From contig MU004183.1 in the NCBI GenBank assembly GCA_010093605.1, positions 2,604,001-2,668,000 of the forward strand: a stretch of DNA of 64,000 bases, written 5' to 3'. How positions within the stretch are numbered: the first letter of the stretch is position 1; every line of letters starts with the position of its first letter. This DNA comes from Lophium mytilinum. Lineage: Eukaryota. A model generated the notes under the pieces. That model did no database searches. It was not told the DNA's origin and was given only the letters and a program-made list of their open reading frames with translations. The translations under genes and the position numbers were made by a program. Of the stretch, positions 59,232 through 64,000 are shown piece by piece.

Positions 59232-62102
59232 ATGACCACCATGTCCGATGCTCTGCCAACACCACAGCCAGCGTCTGCCACTCCCGAGCCTTCACCCGCG
59301 TCGCCCGAACATGGTGCGCGACCAGCCCGTGGCGCGTTCCAGTGCGGAACCTGCTCGCAGTCCTACACCCGACTCGACCACCTGGCCCGCCATGTGCGCT
59401 CACGTTCGTATCCTTGTCCTGTTGTGGCGTCTATCATGGCTATGCTGACGGCCCGCCCCGCGTAGACACGCAGGAGAAGCCCTACGCCTGCCATGCGTGC
59501 GAGAAGCGTTTCAGTCGAGTGTAAAGAGCCAGTCCGCACCCGGTCTGGCTGTCACCATGCTGACTAGCCTCGACGCAGCGACCTGCTACGGCGCCATGCT
59601 GCATTGCACAGCCAAGATTCGGGAGCCGAGCCGGCCAAACGTCGTCGAATTGGCACCAACGCGGCAGGTGCAGTACGCGTGTCTCAGGCTTGTGAAGCTT
59701 GCGCAGACAATCACCTGAAATGCGAAGACCAGAAACCGTGCAAGCGATGTCGGAGCAAGAACGTCTCTTGTCATGTGGCTCCGAAGGCGTCGGCGAGAGA
59801 CATGATTGAAGTGAGAGAAGAAGAGTGCGAGGAGCTGCAGGTGGCTTTGGACCCCGCACTGGTAGCTGCGTCGTCTGTAGGCAATCATGAACCCGATCTA
59901 CAACACCAGTCGGAGAGGATGCCCTTCAACAACGACCATTCCGCTCCTAAAGACATTTCCAATCTGAGTAATACTTTTTCTGCGAATGGAGAAGTGCCTT
60001 TCTATTCCTTCTTGCCCTCGGAACAACAGCCTGAAATGTTGGCGCATTCCTCAGAAAGAACCATGATGAATCCGACGGTCGATGGCTTGCCTGATGCAAT
60101 GAACATGCCATTCACGGATTCCATGGATTTGCTTCCTGCCACATTCATGCCCATCCTGCCGAGCGGCACAAGGACGCCCCGAGGAGTATTCGACTTCGGC
60201 CTCGAGACAAATCTGGAATTTAGTGACAGTGACCTTGGTTTCCTCAACTCTTACAACACTCGTATCCCTTTTGAATTCGAAAACCATTGCGAAGCAGTTA
60301 ACCTACCACGTTCCGACACAGTCAACGACGACATCGTTGATGCATCAACTCCGAAGACTGCGAGCCCTTTACAGACATCAATCTGGCGCTTTGTTCCCGA
60401 CTCTCGCGACCATGCGGCAGCAGAGCAGCCACATCTATCGCTTCCGGCCGCTGAAAGTGGTGGAGATGGTGCTGCGAGTCGCGTTGAACTTGGTCGGCGG
60501 GCTACGACAGAGAAGCTCGACATGCTGTCACGCGACAGGATTCTCGGTATCGTGCTCAGCCAAGTCAAGCCGCACATCTCTCGGGCCTTGTATTCGTTCC
60601 CCTCTGTAGACTTGCTTGATAGCTTGCTACAGTACTTCTTAACCGCCCCATTCTCCGGTGCCAGCTCTTGGTTCCATGCTGCCAGTTTCTGCCCAAGCAA
60701 GTCGCGGCCGGAACTTTTGGCTGCAATGGCTGCCGCTGGCGCTGTCTTGACACCGGACATGTCGCTACGGAAGCTCGGCTTCGCCATTCAGGAAATCATC
60801 CGTAACTATTTGCCCACTGTATGGGAGAACAATAATACCGAAATCCGGGATCTTGAGCTTGCGCAAGCCTTCATGCTGCAATTGGAGATCGGCATCTGGA
60901 GTGGTAATAGTCGCAAGATTGAAATTGCCGAAAGTTTCCAACAGCCACTGCTGACGATGCTTCGTCGCGGAGGCAAGTTCAGGCGGTCCAGCTATCCGAC
61001 GATTCTGTTGCAACCTGACGACAATAACGAGACGCTAAGCGAGAAGTGGCATACGTGGATCAAGCAAGAGTCTTTCAAAAGATTGGTTTTCCATCTCCTC
61101 CAGCATGACGCACAGTCCTCCGTCGCACTTCTGGTAAGCCCGCTGATATCTTATGCTGAAGTCGGTCTTCCGTTACCAGAATCACAATCTCTCTGGACAG
61201 CGACCAGCGCAAAGGACTGGAAGGCGCTGTACTTGGCCAACACGATTAATGCTTCGATTCGCATACCAGCACTGACGGACTGTATTAATGATCTGGAACT
61301 GCTGGAGGCGAGTAGCCATCTCATTGACGTGCCATTATCAAGTCGTGCATTCCTGCACGCGCTGTGGGGAATGGTCTGGGAATACCGCCAATTAGCTCTG
61401 TTGTTTCGTGGGCAGCCGCATTTCTGGGATGGCGGACTTGTAATGATGTCCCGATACCAAGAACTAATCAAGATACTCGACCACTTCCGCCTTGGCTATG
61501 CGCAAGGCTGCAACCTACTTTTGGAACTAATCCTCATGCATATGCACCTATCACTGGATGATGTGCAGCTTTTCGCAGGATTGGAGGGTCCGGACGAGGC
61601 CCGCCGCGTGTACCAATCAATGGGAGAATGGGCGCGAAGCAAAGCCTCGCGTCAGGCCGTATGGCACGCAGGCCAGGTCGTTCGAGCTGCCAAGTCTCTG
61701 CAGCCTCAGCATCTGCGAGACATCAACGCCATCGCCGTATATCACGCAAGCCTGGCGTTTTGGGCATACGCCTTAGCTTCCAGGATAGTGGACTCAGAAA
61801 GAGCTTCTATGGCCGCACAGAGCACGTCAGCAAATCCTCGCGCTGCGGAAATACAAATGGTCTGGCTAGATAATGCGGAGACGGTGGACACCCAAAAATT
61901 TGTTGCCCTGAAACGAGGCTCGCCTGCGTTACGCGACGTTCGGCCAGGCACCCAAGCAGTGCCACTTGAGGCCCCAAGCGCTGTGATTAAGGTTTTGATC
62001 GAGACAATGCGCCAAAACCACATCGAGCTGGATCGCCCAAAACCACCGCTTGTAGAGAACCTTATCCAGCTTATGGAGGCATTGAGGGATACGGCGAAAT
62101 GA
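59232..62102 (+). CDS. Transcription factor with two C2H2 fingers + Zn2Cys6 cluster + fungal-specific TF domain
   Basis: CGTCSQSYTRLDHLARHVRSH|TQEKPYACHACEKRFSRV|DLLRRHAALH; CEACADNHLKCEDQKPCKRCRSKNVSC; W..W...ESFKRL; SRQAVWHAGQV. Confidence 0.92.
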
Positions 62103-62224
62103 CAGGTCCCATATGTGTGTATCTAGATACCTGAATTCTGCCTCCCGAGAGATGATACAATTGGAAGCTACAGATACATTGCTCTCTAAGACATGAGAAA
62201 GTGGAGGGCTTCAAAGTGCCAGTT

Positions 62225-63955
62225 TCATGACCTTCTGCTCATTGCAAAGCGAACCGCATAATATCCCAACGCGCCCAGTCCCATCAGCGCCGGCATAGCG
62301 ATGAGACCAATCCCAGTAAATATACCCTGCTCAAAAAAGCCAACCTGACCTTCTTTCATACGCTTGACACTGGGCAGAAGCTTGTCTGACACTTTCTGAA
62401 GCACTTTCTCTGAGGCACTAAAACTAGGATCGTGCAGTGTTTGCCGCACAAGCTGCGACTGGACTGAAGGAGTAACAAACCGAGAGCGTTGAACAGTGAA
62501 TAGAGCGGTCGGATAGCGTGTGGACCGTTCTACAGGCGAGCTGAGCGGTGCAGCGGGTCCAACTACAAAGGTGGTCAGAACAACTAGTGAAGTCATTGTG
62601 GTGGACGACATGACAATAGACGCAGACTCACGTAACATCTCCAGGGGTATTTGATTGACAAATGACACATGAGCGCCAAGGAACTGGCTCAAATATTTGC
62701 TTGCTTTCAAATCGGCAAATACATATGAAGCCAGCAGTTCTCCGTTTCTTCAGAAGTTAGCAGCCACCGCGCTAATATCAACCAATCAGACTATTTGACA
62801 ACTTACTGGTTGGCAAGATCAATTGCGTCGTCCAAAGACTTTACACTGTGCACGAGGAGACTGCGGGTTGATATCTTCCTGCTCAACGTCTTGGAGGACC
62901 TGCGAGGGTTGTTAGCGTACGAGGATCTTGTCTTGTGGCCGCTTTCCATGACTGCAAGACTAGATGGTCTGGAAGCCTACCTGCTATTCACCTCAATCAC
63001 CGCGCAGTTTGCTATTGAAGTCACCACTTGTATCTCGTCGGTTCTTTTCAACTCTTTCATCAAGCTGTCCGCCTCGCTTTGACTCGTTGACGCTGAAGAC
63101 TTTGATAATTCGAATTCGGTGGCAAATTTCATTGTCTCTTCCACGACAGCGTTCAGGAAAGGCTTCTTGCAGAACTCATTGACCAGAACGATATCCGGGG
63201 CATAGGGAGATCGGCCGCCAAAGCCAAACCTCGCTATGACAAGCGCCTTTGCCGCTTCCGAGAAATTGGCAGTGCGATCAACAACGGCGACGACCTGCGC
63301 TTGTGAAGGTGAGATCAGTCTCATGGCAGTTGCTGGCTCCTCAGATCCTCTCTGGAGAACCTTCATGTGATGTAAACCTAGCTCATCATCTGTGGCGCGA
63401 CTTGAAACGATTTCGAAGATATCGGAATCCAAGGCGATTTTCAGAATTCTTTGAAGCAACGAGGGCACTTCACGGAGGGTCTTTTCCAGCTGTAAGACAG
63501 TGATTGTTAGTAAAAGTGCGTGCCCGGTCTGGAAACTTGAGGTTTTTCGGTCATCTTACCTCGATCACCACACAATTACCAGCTGCGACAGCAGCGGAAA
63601 GCGGTACAACGATGGAGTAAAACAATGAATACGTTGTCGGAACGATATACACGATTCCCACTCCCTCTCTCAATGACGGCGCGTCCTCTCCGCGTGCAAC
63701 CGCGTACTCTTCGTGAAGGGCCTTCGTCGCGTCTAGTGACGCGTAGTATTCTCTCAAGCACATGAGTGCCAGTAAGTACTCAACCCGCGCCTCGGGGATG
63801 CTGTTGCCACCATCCCTGTAGATTGCCTGTATGACTGACTCACTATTGTCAATGAGGACATTGTGCAGCTTTTCCAATTGGGTTTGGCGATAGATCACAT
63901 TCTGGCATCGTCCGTCAATGGCGGCCTCACGGATGCGCTGTAACGGCCCTGGCAT
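62225..63955 (-). CDS. Aldehyde-dehydrogenase-fold protein (ALDH3-like) lacking the catalytic Cys, with a C-terminal TM anchor; multi-exon
   Basis: RQTQLEKL, GIVYI, PLSAAVAAGNCVV, VAVVDRTA, ARFGFGGRSPYAPDIVLV, SLDDAID, LASYVF, hydrophobic C-terminus GIFTGIGLIAMPALMGLGALGYY. Confidence 0.82.
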
Positions 63956-64000
63956 GTTGGGGTTTTGGCGAAGGTGGCAGAGTGGCGCAACCAGCAAAGT

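Noticed and set aside
11370..64000. Starship element or PKS/NRPS secondary-metabolite cluster
   Set aside because: No DUF3435 captain, element boundary or backbone synthase is visible in this window.

Overview
Filamentous ascomycete (Pezizomycotina) genomic DNA: GT..AG introns with CTAAC/CTGAC branch sites and clear RIP signatures. There are three zones. (1) 1-11369 is an AT-rich, RIP-destroyed repeat block: a Ty3/Gypsy LTR retrotransposon (minus strand) nested in a hAT DNA transposon. (2) ~11.6-44.6 kb is an accessory-like gene region. It holds a ~1713-aa chimeric gene whose N-terminus appears to be built from pieces of three mRNA-granule proteins (Pbp1/ataxin-2, Bfr1, Smy2-type GYF). It also holds an SDR, two Pro/Gly-rich ORFs, an MFS permease, an AA9 LPMO-CBM1, a 41-aa Cys/His micro-ORF, a DUF6536 protein, a disrupted bacterial-type LamG+LGFP gene, a bacterial-type DyP peroxidase, a HET protein and an LRR-like protein. 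(3) ~45-64 kb is a compact 10-gene oxidative/aromatic-catabolism-like cluster with no PKS/NRPS visible: MFS, 2 SDRs, BBE-like oxidase, FAD monooxygenase-ADC fusion, stand-alone HisD/HpsN-like dehydrogenase, cupin, LigB dioxygenase, C2H2+Zn2Cys6 TF and an ALDH-like pseudoenzyme. It may continue past the right edge. All family calls come from motif recognition by eye; no database searches were run.
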